Shown here piece by piece: positions 49,890 to 59,207 of a stretch of DNA of 64,000 bases. Position 1 is the first letter of the stretch. The number at the start of each line of letters is the position of its first letter. A model generated the notes under the pieces. It was not told where the DNA came from. It saw only the letters and a program-made list of their open reading frames with translations, and did no database searches. The stretch is from positions 202,285 through 266,284 of the forward strand of contig CAWIIE010000005.1 of NCBI GenBank assembly GCA_963836025.1, given 5' to 3'. A program made the translations under genes and the position numbers. The stretch is from an uncultured Actinomycetota bacterium. Lineage in GTDB: Bacteria > Actinomycetota > Actinomycetes > JBEVHX01.

Positions 49890-50698
49890 ACCGGTCGAGC
49901 GGGGTCGCGGATCCAATGGCTCCACGAGCCCGGGTACAGCGCCGCGCGGATCCCCAGCTGGTCGAGCGCGAGGACCGTATGCGCCGCCGTGACGCCCGAG
50001 CCGCAGTACGCGCCCACGTTGGTGTCCGGGTTGACGCCGACCGCCGCGTAGACCGCATGGAGGGAGTCCGGCGCGAGCAGCCGGCCCGCTTCGTCGATGA
50101 GCGCTGTGGCCGGTACGTTCACCGCTCCCGGGATGCGGCCGGCGACCGGATCGATGGGCTCGGCCTCGCCGCGGAACCGGACCGGCTGGCGGGCGTCAAC
50201 CAGAACCCCGTCGGTAGCCAGCCGGGCCGCGCCATCGGCGTCCACGACCGGCATCTGGCCGGGGACGACCACCAGGTCACCCGGAGTGGGGCTCACGACC
50301 GTGTCCGTGGTCGGCCGTCCGGCCGCCGTCCACGCCGCATACCCGCCGTCGAGCACCTGCACGGCTTCGTGGCCGGCCCACCGCATGAGCCACCATGCTC
50401 GTGCGGCCGGGACGAGGTCCCCGTCGTCGTATGCCACGACCCGCGATGTCGACCGGACCCCGGCGCGGCGCATCGCCGCCTCGAAGTCGGCTGGGTCGGG
50501 GAGCGGATGACGGCCGCCGTCCCCGGCCGGCCCGGCCAGGTCGGCGTCGAGGTCGACGAAGACGGCGCCCGGCAGATGCCCGGCGGCATACGACTCGCGG
50601 CCCGACGGGCCCTGCAACCGCCAGCGGACGTCGAGGATGACCAGGTCGTCGTCGCCCAGGAGCGCAGCCAGATCGTTGACTGAGATCAGCGAGCTCAT
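49877..50698 (-). CDS. sseA: 3-mercaptopyruvate/thiosulfate sulfurtransferase (tandem rhodanese)
   Basis: Active-site loop 'YCGSGVTAAH' (CGSGVT is the MST type), 'GHLPGAVF', 'GRIPGAVN'. ATG 50698. Confidence 0.85.
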   Translation of the reverse strand: MSSLISVNDLAALLGDDDLVILDVRWRLQGPSGRESYAAGHLPGAVFVDLDADLAGPAGDGGRHPLPDPADFEAAMRRAGVRSTSRVVAYDDGDLVPAARAWWLMRWAGHEAVQVLDGGYAAWTAAGRPTTDTVVSPTPGDLVVVPGQMPVVDADGAARLATDGVLVDARQPVRFRGEAEPIDPVAGRIPGAVNVPATALIDEAGRLLAPDSLHAVYAAVGVNPDTNVGAYCGSGVTAAHTVLALDQLGIRAALYPGSWSHWIRDPARPVERG

Positions 50699-51348
50699 GG
50701 CGAGGCGAACGGCAGCACGTCCGGGGACAGCGCAGCGGCGTGCGCGATCGCGGCAGTCATGCGACGTCGGTAGTGCCGGCGGCACAGCACCTCGTACCCG
50801 ACCTCGCCGGCGACTTCTGGGTACACGTCACCGACGACCACCTGCTCGCCCTCGGTCACCATCACGCCGGCCTGCGTTCGGGCGTTGTGGGTCGCGCGCG
50901 CGCCGCACCAGCACAGCGCCTCGACCTGGAGCGCACGGACCTGGTCGGCCAGCTCGAGCAGGCGGCGAGAGCCGGGAAACAGCCGGGTCTGGAAGTCGGT
51001 CGTGATGCCGAACGCGTAGACGTCGACGTCGAGGTCGTCCACGATCCGGGCCAGGTCGTCGACCTGCTCCGGCTCGAGGAACTGGGCCTCGTCACAGATC
51101 AGGTAGTCGACCCGACCACCGGCCTGCAGCGTCGACACCACCGATGCCCAGAAGTCGGTCGCCGCGTCCACCTCGAAGGCGGCCACCTCGAGCCCCAGCC
51201 GGCTGGACATCAGGCCGCTCCCGGCACGGTCCCTCGAGGTGAACAGCAGGCCGGACAGGCCGCGGGCTCGACGGTTGTGATCGGTCTGCAAAGCCAAGGT
51301 GGACTTGCCGCAGTCCATCGTCCCGGTGAAGAAGACCAACTCCGCCAT
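50695..51348 (-). CDS. tdk: Thymidine kinase
   Basis: P-loop 'GTMDCGKST', 'DEAQF', zinc site 'CWCG..CRRH'. ATG 51348. ATGA overlap with sseA. Confidence 0.9.
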   Translation of the reverse strand: MAELVFFTGTMDCGKSTLALQTDHNRRARGLSGLLFTSRDRAGSGLMSSRLGLEVAAFEVDAATDFWASVVSTLQAGGRVDYLICDEAQFLEPEQVDDLARIVDDLDVDVYAFGITTDFQTRLFPGSRRLLELADQVRALQVEALCWCGARATHNARTQAGVMVTEGEQVVVGDVYPEVAGEVGYEVLCRRHYRRRMTAAIAHAAALSPDVLPFASP

Positions 51349-51370
51349 GCGCCGCACTGTATGGCTTGAA

Positions 51371-52471
51371 TCAACCAGCACTGCCGCGTATCACCACCAG
51401 CGGAACCTCCAGCTCCGCCGGGCTCAGCGCGCCGTGATAGCCGACCAGGCTGCTCTCCAGCGGCTCGGCCTGGCTCGCCACCACCGCGCCCGCCCCCGTG
51501 GGTACGACGACGAGGTCGCCGATCCGCGCCGCGTGCGCAGCGGGCGTCGGGCCGAACCAGCCGGCGGCCACCGCCTCGTCCGTGTGGACCACCCGGAAAT
51601 CCTCGCCGAGGACCGCCGCCCAAGTGGCCGCGACGTCGTCTCGGGCGCCGGGTTCGACGACGAGGTAGCGAGCGCGTGGCTCGCCGGCGAGGTGGCGGAC
51701 TCCGCGCCGCAGGTCGGGGGTCTCGTCGACGTCGACCTTGTCGAGCACGTCCACCATGCCGTGGTCAGCGGTCACGAGCAGGGCGGCGTCAGCGGGCAGG
51801 CGCGCGGCGGCAGCGGCCAGCGCCGCGTCGACCCTGGCCACCTGCGTGGACCACTGCGAAGACGCGACGCCGAACCGGTGGCCCTGGAAGTCAACGGCCG
51901 ACCAGTACGCATACACCAGCGCTGCCGCCGTCAGCGCCTCCACCGTCGTCGCCAGGGTCGAACGCAGCCCGTCGGCGGCGACGTAGCGGCCACCACGCAG
52001 CGCCGCCTCGGTGAGCCCGGACCCGTCGAACTCCGCCGGCCCGACCCGGGTCACCTCGAGCCCGGCCGCCACCGCCCGTTCGAAGACGGTGCGTTGCGGC
52101 TGCCACAGCCGCGGGTCGACCTCCGGATCCCACTTGAGCTCGTTCACGACGACGTCGCGGGCCGGGTCGAGCACCTGGTAGCCGAGCAGGCCGTGCGCCC
52201 CCGGCAGCAGTCCGGTGCCGAGCGACCCCAGGCTCGACGCGGTCGTCGACGGGAACCCGGCGGTGAGCACGTCGCCGTCACTAAGCAGCGAGGTCAGGAA
52301 CGGCGCCAGGTCGGGCCGAGCCCGCAGCTGCCGGTAGCCGAGACCATCGATCAGCACGACGGCGCATCGACGTACACCAGCGAGCCGGTCCCGTAGCCCC
52401 ACGGCGTCGCGCTCGCCTGGCACTCCCAAGTTGGCGAGGACGGACGGGATGAGCGCTGCCAGTGGGGTCAA
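51371..52471 (-). CDS. Alkaline-phosphatase-superfamily protein (type I phosphodiesterase/nucleotide pyrophosphatase-like)
   Basis: 'VVLIDGLGYRQL', 'FPSTTASSLGSLGTG', 'VTADHGMV'. Intact 366 aa. Confidence 0.75.
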   Translation of the reverse strand: MTPLAALIPSVLANLGVPGERDAVGLRDRLAGVRRCAVVLIDGLGYRQLRARPDLAPFLTSLLSDGDVLTAGFPSTTASSLGSLGTGLLPGAHGLLGYQVLDPARDVVVNELKWDPEVDPRLWQPQRTVFERAVAAGLEVTRVGPAEFDGSGLTEAALRGGRYVAADGLRSTLATTVEALTAAALVYAYWSAVDFQGHRFGVASSQWSTQVARVDAALAAAAARLPADAALLVTADHGMVDVLDKVDVDETPDLRRGVRHLAGEPRARYLVVEPGARDDVAATWAAVLGEDFRVVHTDEAVAAGWFGPTPAAHAARIGDLVVVPTGAGAVVASQAEPLESSLVGYHGALSPAELEVPLVVIRGSAG

Positions 52472-53058
52472 CGCATCGCGAAGGATGCGGTTGCCGCCGA
52501 CAGCTCGCGGGCGAATTCGAGCACCTGGCGCACCACCGCCTCGCCGTCGGCGGCGGCGCTCACCCGAATGGTGAAGTCGTCGGACGTCGCGCTGCCTGAA
52601 TACCCGTGGTCGGCGTCGCAGTCCGGGTCACCGCAGGTCGCGGGCTCGAGCTCCAGCCGGCTCACCGCACCCCAGCCGACGGTCAGGACCACTTCGCGGG
52701 GCAGCGCGCCGGCGGCGTGCCGTGCGGGCTCGGCGACGACGCGGTTGACGACCACCGAGCCGACCCTGCTGACCGGCACGACCTCGGTGGTCGTCGTCGC
52801 ATACGGCGACGGGCAGGAGTCGTCCGCCGGGTGCTCGTCCGTATGCGCCACCACCAGCCGGGTCGGAGTGAGCGCAAGCACACTGACGTGCCGGCGCAGC
52901 TCGTCCCGATCGAAGGTCGCCTCGTGGTGCACGACGAACGAGCGCACCGCCTCCCCCGCCAGCGCCGTATGCAGCGCGTCCGCCACCAGCTCTGGGTAGT
53001 AGCCGCTGCGGTCGATCGCAGCGCGCAGGACAGCGTCGACGGTCGGGGCATCAGGCAT
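52468..53058 (-). CDS. Conserved actinobacterial protein (DUF5998-like)
   Basis: Intact 196 aa, between the Pat gene and the AP-family gene, with a 4-nt overlap downstream. Family assignment is from memory only. Confidence 0.45.
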   Translation of the reverse strand: MPDAPTVDAVLRAAIDRSGYYPELVADALHTALAGEAVRSFVVHHEATFDRDELRRHVSVLALTPTRLVVAHTDEHPADDSCPSPYATTTTEVVPVSRVGSVVVNRVVAEPARHAAGALPREVVLTVGWGAVSRLELEPATCGDPDCDADHGYSGSATSDDFTIRVSAAADGEAVVRQVLEFARELSAATASFAMR

Positions 53059-53070
53059 GGGCTCAGTGTG

Positions 53071-55752
53071 TCAGGTGAGCCGGCGGCCCCCGGCGTCCGT
53101 GCGCGCGAGCGGTGCAGCCACCCAGGCCGAGGCCGAGAGCACCGCAGCCCCCCGGCGAGCGACGACGACCGGGTTGATTGCCAGCCGGGCCATCTCCGGC
53201 AGGTCGTCCGACAGCCGGGACACCCGCAGCAGTAAGTCCTCGAGGGCTTCGACGTCCAGCCGGTCGGTGCCGCGGTACCCGAACAGCAGCGGCGACGCCT
53301 TCGGGGCCCGCACGAGCTCGGCAGCGTCGACGTCTGTGAGGGGCGGGATTCGGTAACCGCGGTCCCCCACCAGCTCGCTGGTGACGCCACCCAGGCCAAA
53401 CGAGACCACCGGGCCGAATAACGCGTCCTCAACACTGGCGATCTCGCAACTCACGCCCGGTCCGGCCATGCGCTGCACGACCAGGTCATCGACGATGCCC
53501 TCGCCGAAGGTCACGACCATCGCCGCCCAGGCCGCGTGCACCGCATCCGGCGTCTGCAGGTCGAACCGGACGGCACCCAGGTCGGCACGCAGCCGCAACG
53601 CGGAAGAGACAGCTTTGAGCACGACGGGATAGCCGAGCAGCTCGGCTGATTCGACCGCCTTGCCGGCCGTCGAAGCGGGCAGTGCTGGCCACAGGTCAAT
53701 CCCGTATGCGGCCAGTACGGCGGCAACCTGTTCTGCACCCAACGCCACCGAACCGACCGGGGCGGACTCCGCGGCGGCGCCGCCGTCGAGCAGCGCCTGC
53801 TCGACGACGACGCGGGCCGCCGCCGGGTCAACGTCCGGCAGCTCCGGGACCGAGCCCCGCGGACGGTCGCGCCACAACGCATACTCCGTGGCCCGGGCGA
53901 GCGCGCGCACGGCGTCCTCGACCGATCCGAAGGTGGGCACGGAGCCGATGACCGGCACCCCGTCCGGACTGAGCTTGCGCAGGAACGGGGAGGCGCCCTC
54001 GACCGCCAAGAGTGTGGCGACGACCGGTTTCGAGGTCCGGCCGACGACCGCGCCGAGCGTGCGCGCGATCGACTCGCCGGTTGAGCCGACTCGGGGGATG
54101 AACATCGTGACCACCGAGTCCACCGCCGGGTCGTCGATCACGGCGGCCAGGGTGCAGGCATACGCGTCGGTGGCCCCCCCGGGCGGGAAGTAGATCGGGT
54201 CGCCGACCAGGTCCAGCCCCCAGGTGGCGCAGGCGTCCGCGGCCAGGACGCCGAGGGCGTCGCTGTTGCCGAGCACCGCAACCCGCCGGCCACACGGCAG
54301 CGGCTGGAAGGTGAGGATCTGCGCGACGTCGAACATCTCAGAGAGGGTGTCCACCTGGATCACGCCTGCCTGCCGGAACATCTGGTCGACGGCAGCCGCC
54401 GGCAGCGCCGATGCGCGCACCCGGTGTCCCAGTGGGATGCCCTGCGTCGAGCGCCCCGACTTGACCGCGACGATCGGCTTGGTCAGCGACGTGCGGCGCG
54501 CGATCCGGCTGAACTTGCGCGGGTTGCCGATCGACTCGAGGTAGAGCAGCAGGACGTCAGTGGCGGCATCCTCCTCCCAGTACTGCATGAGGTCGTTGCC
54601 GGACACGTCTGCGCGGTTGCCCGCGGAGACGAAGCTGGACAGGCCGAGGCCACGCGACATGAGCGTCTCGAGCAGGGCGATGCCGAGGGCGCCCGACTGC
54701 GAGAAGAACCCGATCCGGCCGCGGCCCGGCATCACCGGCGACATCGAGGCGTTGAACGATGCCTCGACCGCGGTGTTGATGACGCCGAGACAGTTCGGTC
54801 CGATTACCCGCATGCCATCAGCCCGGGCCTGGGTCACCAGATCGGCTTGCCGCTGTTGTCCCTCCGGCCCGATCTCCGCGAAGCCGGCACTGATGACGAC
54901 CAGCCCGCGCACGTCACCGCGCGCGCCGCATTCGGCGGCCACGTCGAGCGCGGCGGCGGCGGGCACGGCGACGACCGCGAGGTGCACCGGTTCAGGGATG
55001 TCCTTGACGGTGGCGTATGCCGGCACGCCGTGGACCTCGCCGCTGGCCGCCGGGTTCACCGCATACACCGCACCGGCGAAGCCGGAGGCCGACAGGTGCC
55101 GGAGCAGGATGTGCCCGGCCGAGCGCGGGTCGCGGCTGGCCCCGACGACAGCGATCGAGTCCGGCCGAAGTAGCCGTTCGACGGACCGGGCCTCGGCGCG
55201 ATGCTCTCGCGCCGCCATGACCGAACGCGTTGCGTCGGTCGGCGTGAGCTCAAGCTCCATGTTCAGCACGCCGTCCTCGAGCTCGGTCTGCGGCTCGTAC
55301 CCCGCCTGCTTGAACGTGTTGAGCATGGCCGCGTTCCCCGGCAACACGTCGGCCACAAAGCGTCGGATCCCGTTCTCCCAGGCCGCCGCCGCGATGTGCT
55401 CGAGGAAGACCGAACCGAGGCCGCGACCCTGATGGTCGTCGCGGATCACGAAGGCGACCTCGGCGGTACGCGGCCCGAGCCGCTCATACCGGACGACGCC
55501 CACGATCTCGTCGTGCAAGGTGGCCACCAGCGCGGCCCGGTCGACGTGGTCCACGTGCGTGAACCGGTCGATGTCGCGATCGGACAGCACCGGGTACGGC
55601 GCGAAGAACCGGAAGTAGACCGTCTTCTCGGACAGGTGGGCGTGGAAGTCGACGAGCGCGTCGGCGTCGCTGGGCTGGATGGGCCGAAGGTGCACGGGTG
55701 CGCCGTCGCGCAGGACGACGTCCGCCTCCCAGCTGGCCGGGTAGTCGCCCAC
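53071..55752 (-). CDS. Bifunctional GNAT acetyltransferase / NDP-forming acyl-CoA-synthetase-like protein (actinobacterial Pat-type protein lysine acetyltransferase)
   Basis: Intact 893 aa. N-terminal GNAT ('VAFVIRDDHQGRGLGSVFLEHI'), then a CoA-binding domain ('IAVVGASRDP') and an ATP-grasp/ligase-CoA region. This is the reversed domain order known for Streptomyces PatA. Confidence 0.8.
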   Translation of the reverse strand: MGDYPASWEADVVLRDGAPVHLRPIQPSDADALVDFHAHLSEKTVYFRFFAPYPVLSDRDIDRFTHVDHVDRAALVATLHDEIVGVVRYERLGPRTAEVAFVIRDDHQGRGLGSVFLEHIAAAAWENGIRRFVADVLPGNAAMLNTFKQAGYEPQTELEDGVLNMELELTPTDATRSVMAAREHRAEARSVERLLRPDSIAVVGASRDPRSAGHILLRHLSASGFAGAVYAVNPAASGEVHGVPAYATVKDIPEPVHLAVVAVPAAAALDVAAECGARGDVRGLVVISAGFAEIGPEGQQRQADLVTQARADGMRVIGPNCLGVINTAVEASFNASMSPVMPGRGRIGFFSQSGALGIALLETLMSRGLGLSSFVSAGNRADVSGNDLMQYWEEDAATDVLLLYLESIGNPRKFSRIARRTSLTKPIVAVKSGRSTQGIPLGHRVRASALPAAAVDQMFRQAGVIQVDTLSEMFDVAQILTFQPLPCGRRVAVLGNSDALGVLAADACATWGLDLVGDPIYFPPGGATDAYACTLAAVIDDPAVDSVVTMFIPRVGSTGESIARTLGAVVGRTSKPVVATLLAVEGASPFLRKLSPDGVPVIGSVPTFGSVEDAVRALARATEYALWRDRPRGSVPELPDVDPAAARVVVEQALLDGGAAAESAPVGSVALGAEQVAAVLAAYGIDLWPALPASTAGKAVESAELLGYPVVLKAVSSALRLRADLGAVRFDLQTPDAVHAAWAAMVVTFGEGIVDDLVVQRMAGPGVSCEIASVEDALFGPVVSFGLGGVTSELVGDRGYRIPPLTDVDAAELVRAPKASPLLFGYRGTDRLDVEALEDLLLRVSRLSDDLPEMARLAINPVVVARRGAAVLSASAWVAAPLARTDAGGRRLT

Positions 55753-55763
55753 GCTTGCGGAGG

Positions 55764-57158
55764 CTAGCGGGCCTGATCCAGGAGGCGGGTCAAAGCGTCG
55801 ACGGACCGGGACACGTCATCTGCCGTCGTGCGCCAGTTGCATACCGAGATGCGCAGCGCAGCCCGGCCCTTGAAGGTCGTCCCGGACATCAGCATCGTCC
55901 CGTCGGCCGGGATGCCGGCGGTCACCCGCTGGGTGATCTCGTCCGAGTCGCCGAAGCGAACCAGGACCTGGTTGAGCACGACGTCGTTGAGCACCTCGAT
56001 GCCGTCGACCGCGCCGAGTGCTTCGGCAAAGGCACGGGCGTGTGCACAACAGCGCTCGACCATTTCCGCGACACCGGATCGACCCAATGACGCGATCGCC
56101 GCCCAGCTCGGCACACCGCGCGCCCGCCGGCTGAATTCGGGAACGAGTTCGGAAGGGTCGGGAATCGCGGCATGCCCCATGGGGACATACGACGCCCGGG
56201 AGTACACGGCCGCCCGGTGCGCGTCCTCGTGCGCCGTGATAGCGATGCCACAGTCGTACGGCACGTTGAGCCACTTGTGCGCATCCGTGGCCCAGGAGTC
56301 GGCTCGCTCCACGCCATCGACCAGATGCCGGTATGCGTCGGACGCGCCGGCCCACAGCCCGAAGGCGCCGTCGACATGCACCCAGGCGCCGAAGTCGTGC
56401 GCCACGTCGATGCACGCGCCGATCGGGTCGAACGCCCCAGTGTTCACGTTGCCCGCGGCCAAGCACACGAGCAGTGGATCGCCGGGCGGCACGGCGGCCA
56501 ACGTCGCCCGCAGGTCTTCGGCGTTCATCACCCCCTGGTCGTTGGTCGGGACCTGATGCGAGCGCCCGGCGCCGAGCCCGAGGTAGTTGAGCGCCAGGTC
56601 GATCGTGGTGTGCCGCTCGTCGCCGACGACGACGTGCACCTCGGGCGCACCCTGCAGGCCTTGCGCGTTGATGTCCCACCCGTGCTGCGCCAGCACATGC
56701 AGCCGACCGGCCGCGAGCCCGGTGAAGTTGGCCATCATGCCGCCGGTCACCCAGCCGACCGACGCGGTCGACGGCAGCCCCAGGAGCTCGAGCACCCATC
56801 GACCGGCGACGTACTCCATCGCGGAGACCGCGGGCGTGTAGTCGTTGGAGCCGACGTTCTGATCCCAGGCGCCGACGAGGACGTCGGCGGCTTGTGCCGC
56901 CGGCACCGAGCCGCCGATCACGAAGCCGAAGAACCGACCCGAGCCCATGGCGGTCAGGCCAGGCTCGGCCTCGACCGCCATCCGGTCGATCACGTGCGCC
57001 GGATCGGTCGGGCCCGACGGCACCGGGCCGCCGAACGCCGCCACCATGTCCTCGAACGACGCTCGGGCCATGACCGGCCGGTCGTCGAGCGTCTTCAGGT
57101 ATGCGGCTGCGTGCTCGGCCGCCTGTTGCACCAGCCTGCTCACCTCGTCGTGACCCAT
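55764..57158 (-). CDS. Pyridoxal-phosphate-dependent (group II) decarboxylase
   Basis: '[17 protein letters not shown]' PLP-lysine motif, '[14 protein letters not shown]'. Intact 464 aa. Confidence 0.8.
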   Translation of the reverse strand: MGHDEVSRLVQQAAEHAAAYLKTLDDRPVMARASFEDMVAAFGGPVPSGPTDPAHVIDRMAVEAEPGLTAMGSGRFFGFVIGGSVPAAQAADVLVGAWDQNVGSNDYTPAVSAMEYVAGRWVLELLGLPSTASVGWVTGGMMANFTGLAAGRLHVLAQHGWDINAQGLQGAPEVHVVVGDERHTTIDLALNYLGLGAGRSHQVPTNDQGVMNAEDLRATLAAVPPGDPLLVCLAAGNVNTGAFDPIGACIDVAHDFGAWVHVDGAFGLWAGASDAYRHLVDGVERADSWATDAHKWLNVPYDCGIAITAHEDAHRAAVYSRASYVPMGHAAIPDPSELVPEFSRRARGVPSWAAIASLGRSGVAEMVERCCAHARAFAEALGAVDGIEVLNDVVLNQVLVRFGDSDEITQRVTAGIPADGTMLMSGTTFKGRAALRISVCNWRTTADDVSRSVDALTRLLDQAR

Positions 57159-57188
57159 CGGCGCAGCGTCCCACTACCGTCTGACGGC

Positions 57189-58100
57189 GTGGAAGTACTC
57201 GATGTGAATCCCGAGGTCGCGGACGCCCTGGCGGACCGACGGCCGGTGGTCGCGCTCGAGTCCACGATCATCAGCCACGGCCTGCCACGGCCGGACAATG
57301 CGCGCATCGCCCGCGAGATCGAGGCCGCAGTGCGGGCCGAAGGAGCCGTGCCAGCAACGATCGCGGTCGTGGGCGGCCTGGTCCGGGTCGGCCTGACCGA
57401 AGCGGACCTAGCCGCGATCGCCGAGCGCGACGACGTCGTCAAGGCGTCCGTGCGCGACCTCGGAGTTGTGTTGGCCTCGGGCGGTTACGGGGCCACGACG
57501 GTCGCCTCGACATCACTCCTCGCCAATCGTGCCGGCATCGACGTGTTCGCGACCGGCGGCCTCGGCGGGGTGCACCGCGAGGCCCGCGACACGTGGGACG
57601 AGTCCGCCGACCTGACCACGCTCGGCTCGGTCCCGATCACGGTGGTGTGCGCCGGGGTGAAGTCCATCCTTGATGTGCCCGCGACGCTGGAGCGGCTGGA
57701 GACGCTCAACGTCACCGTGCTCGGCTTCCAGACCTCGCGGTTCCCCGGCTTCTATCTCACGGACTCGGGCTACGGGGTGGACTGGCGCGTTGAGCATCCG
57801 GCCGAGGTGGCGGCCGTGATGCGGGCCCGGAACGCGCTCGGCGTGCGCAGCGCCATCGTGGTGGCGAATCCGCTGCCCGAGGACGAGCAGGTGGACCCGG
57901 CGGTGCACGACAAGGTGTTGCGGTCAGGACTGGCAGCGGCCGATGCGGAGGGCATCCGCGGCAAGGACGTGACGCCGTTCCTGCTCGAGCACTTCCACCG
58001 CGAAACCAAGGGCGCCAGCCTGGCGGCGAACGTGCGCATCATCCTGCGCAACGCGGCGTTGGCCGCTCGGATCGCCGTGGCGTTTGCAGGTGCGCACTGA
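57189..58100 (+). CDS. psuG: Pseudouridine-5'-phosphate glycosidase
   Basis: '[18 protein letters not shown]', '[12 protein letters not shown]', '[11 protein letters not shown]', 'DVSADL'-like 'ESADLTTL', '[11 protein letters not shown]'. GTG 57189 within ORF 56172..58100. Confidence 0.9.
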   Translation: MEVLDVNPEVADALADRRPVVALESTIISHGLPRPDNARIAREIEAAVRAEGAVPATIAVVGGLVRVGLTEADLAAIAERDDVVKASVRDLGVVLASGGYGATTVASTSLLANRAGIDVFATGGLGGVHREARDTWDESADLTTLGSVPITVVCAGVKSILDVPATLERLETLNVTVLGFQTSRFPGFYLTDSGYGVDWRVEHPAEVAAVMRARNALGVRSAIVVANPLPEDEQVDPAVHDKVLRSGLAAADAEGIRGKDVTPFLLEHFHRETKGASLAANVRIILRNAALAARIAVAFAGAH

Positions 58101-58126
58101 GCGACCTCGTCGTCCTCGGCGACCTG

Positions 58127-58988
58127 ATGACCGACGTCGTCGCGCGGGCGACTGGCGACTTGGCGATCGGCTCGGACACGCCCGCCACAGTGACCGTGTC
58201 CCATGGCGGCTCGGCGGCCAACGTCGCGGCGTGGGCAGCCTCGCTCGGTGTCTCGACATGCCTGATCGCGCGAATCGGTGACGATGCGTTCGGTCGGCAG
58301 GCCGGTGAGGACCTGCTGGCGGCGGGGGTGGACGCGCGGCTCAGTGTCGACCCCACGCTGCCGACAGGGACCTGCGTCATCGTCGTGACGCCCGACGGCG
58401 AGCGCACCATGCTGCCGGACGCCGGCGCCAACGCGTCGTGGTCGCTGTCCGACGTGCCGGAGCAGGTCATCGTCGGCGCCAGTCACCTGCACCTCGTCGG
58501 GTATGCGCTGCTGCGCGCCGGCGCCCGCCCGGCCGCATTGCATGCGCTCGCCATCGCCCGCGAACACGGCGTCGGCGTCTCGATCGACCCGTCGTCGGCG
58601 GCCCCGCTCGCCGAAGTTGGCGCGGACGCCTTTCTGGCCTGGACCGCCGGGGCTGACCTGTGCTTCCCCAACCTCGACGAGGCGCGGGTGCTCACCGGTC
58701 TCGACGACCCGGTCGCGGCGGCGCAGGCGTTGACCGAGGCGTATGCCGAGGTCGTCGTCACGCTCGGGGCCGACGGTGCGATCTGGGCCGGCCGCGGAGG
58801 CTCGCCTGTCCATCGGGCCGCCGAGCGGGTCACCGTCGTGGACTCCACCGGCGCCGGCGACGCGTTCGCCGCCGCATACCTGGCCGCGCGCCTTGATGGC
58901 GCGGAGCCGGCGGTCTGCCTCGAACGCGCCACCGCTCGTCGCCGCCCGCGCCGTGCAGCGACCGGGCGCCCGCCCCGCCCGCGACTGA
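58127..58988 (+). pseudogene. psuK: PfkB-family carbohydrate (pseudouridine) kinase, one frame change; start uncertain
   Basis: 'HGGSAANVAAW', 'DPSSAA', 'VVTLGADGA', 'VVDSTGAGDAF' (ORF 58127..59596). The true tail 'LVAARAVQRPGARPARD' is in ORF 58743..58988 (junction near 58930). The conserved first strand '[10 protein letters not shown]' lies upstream of ATG 58127, with only CTG 58097 in frame. Confidence 0.75.
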
Positions 58989-59023
58989 GTCGCGAGAGAG
59001 GATCCCCCCGGAACTTCGTGCAA

Positions 59024-59060
59024 GATCACGGAGAGTGGGAGGGCCCCCTCCCCCGTGATC
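59024..59060 (+). terminator. Strong GC hairpin after psuK
   Basis: gatcacgg (59024-59031) pairs with ccgtgatc (59053-59060). An inner gggag/ctccc stem and a 5-nt bulge. 36 nt after the psuK stop. Confidence 0.5.
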
Positions 59061-59207
59061 ATGCGCGAAATTCGCGGACCGCGACCGAACGTCGACCGGA
59101 TCGCGACCACCGGCTGCGAGCCTCCGGCTGGTCCGATACGGGACCGTGGTCGACAGGAATCGGGCAAGCGCGTGTCAGCACACGAGCGGCGGTCGTACGG
59201 TTCGGGC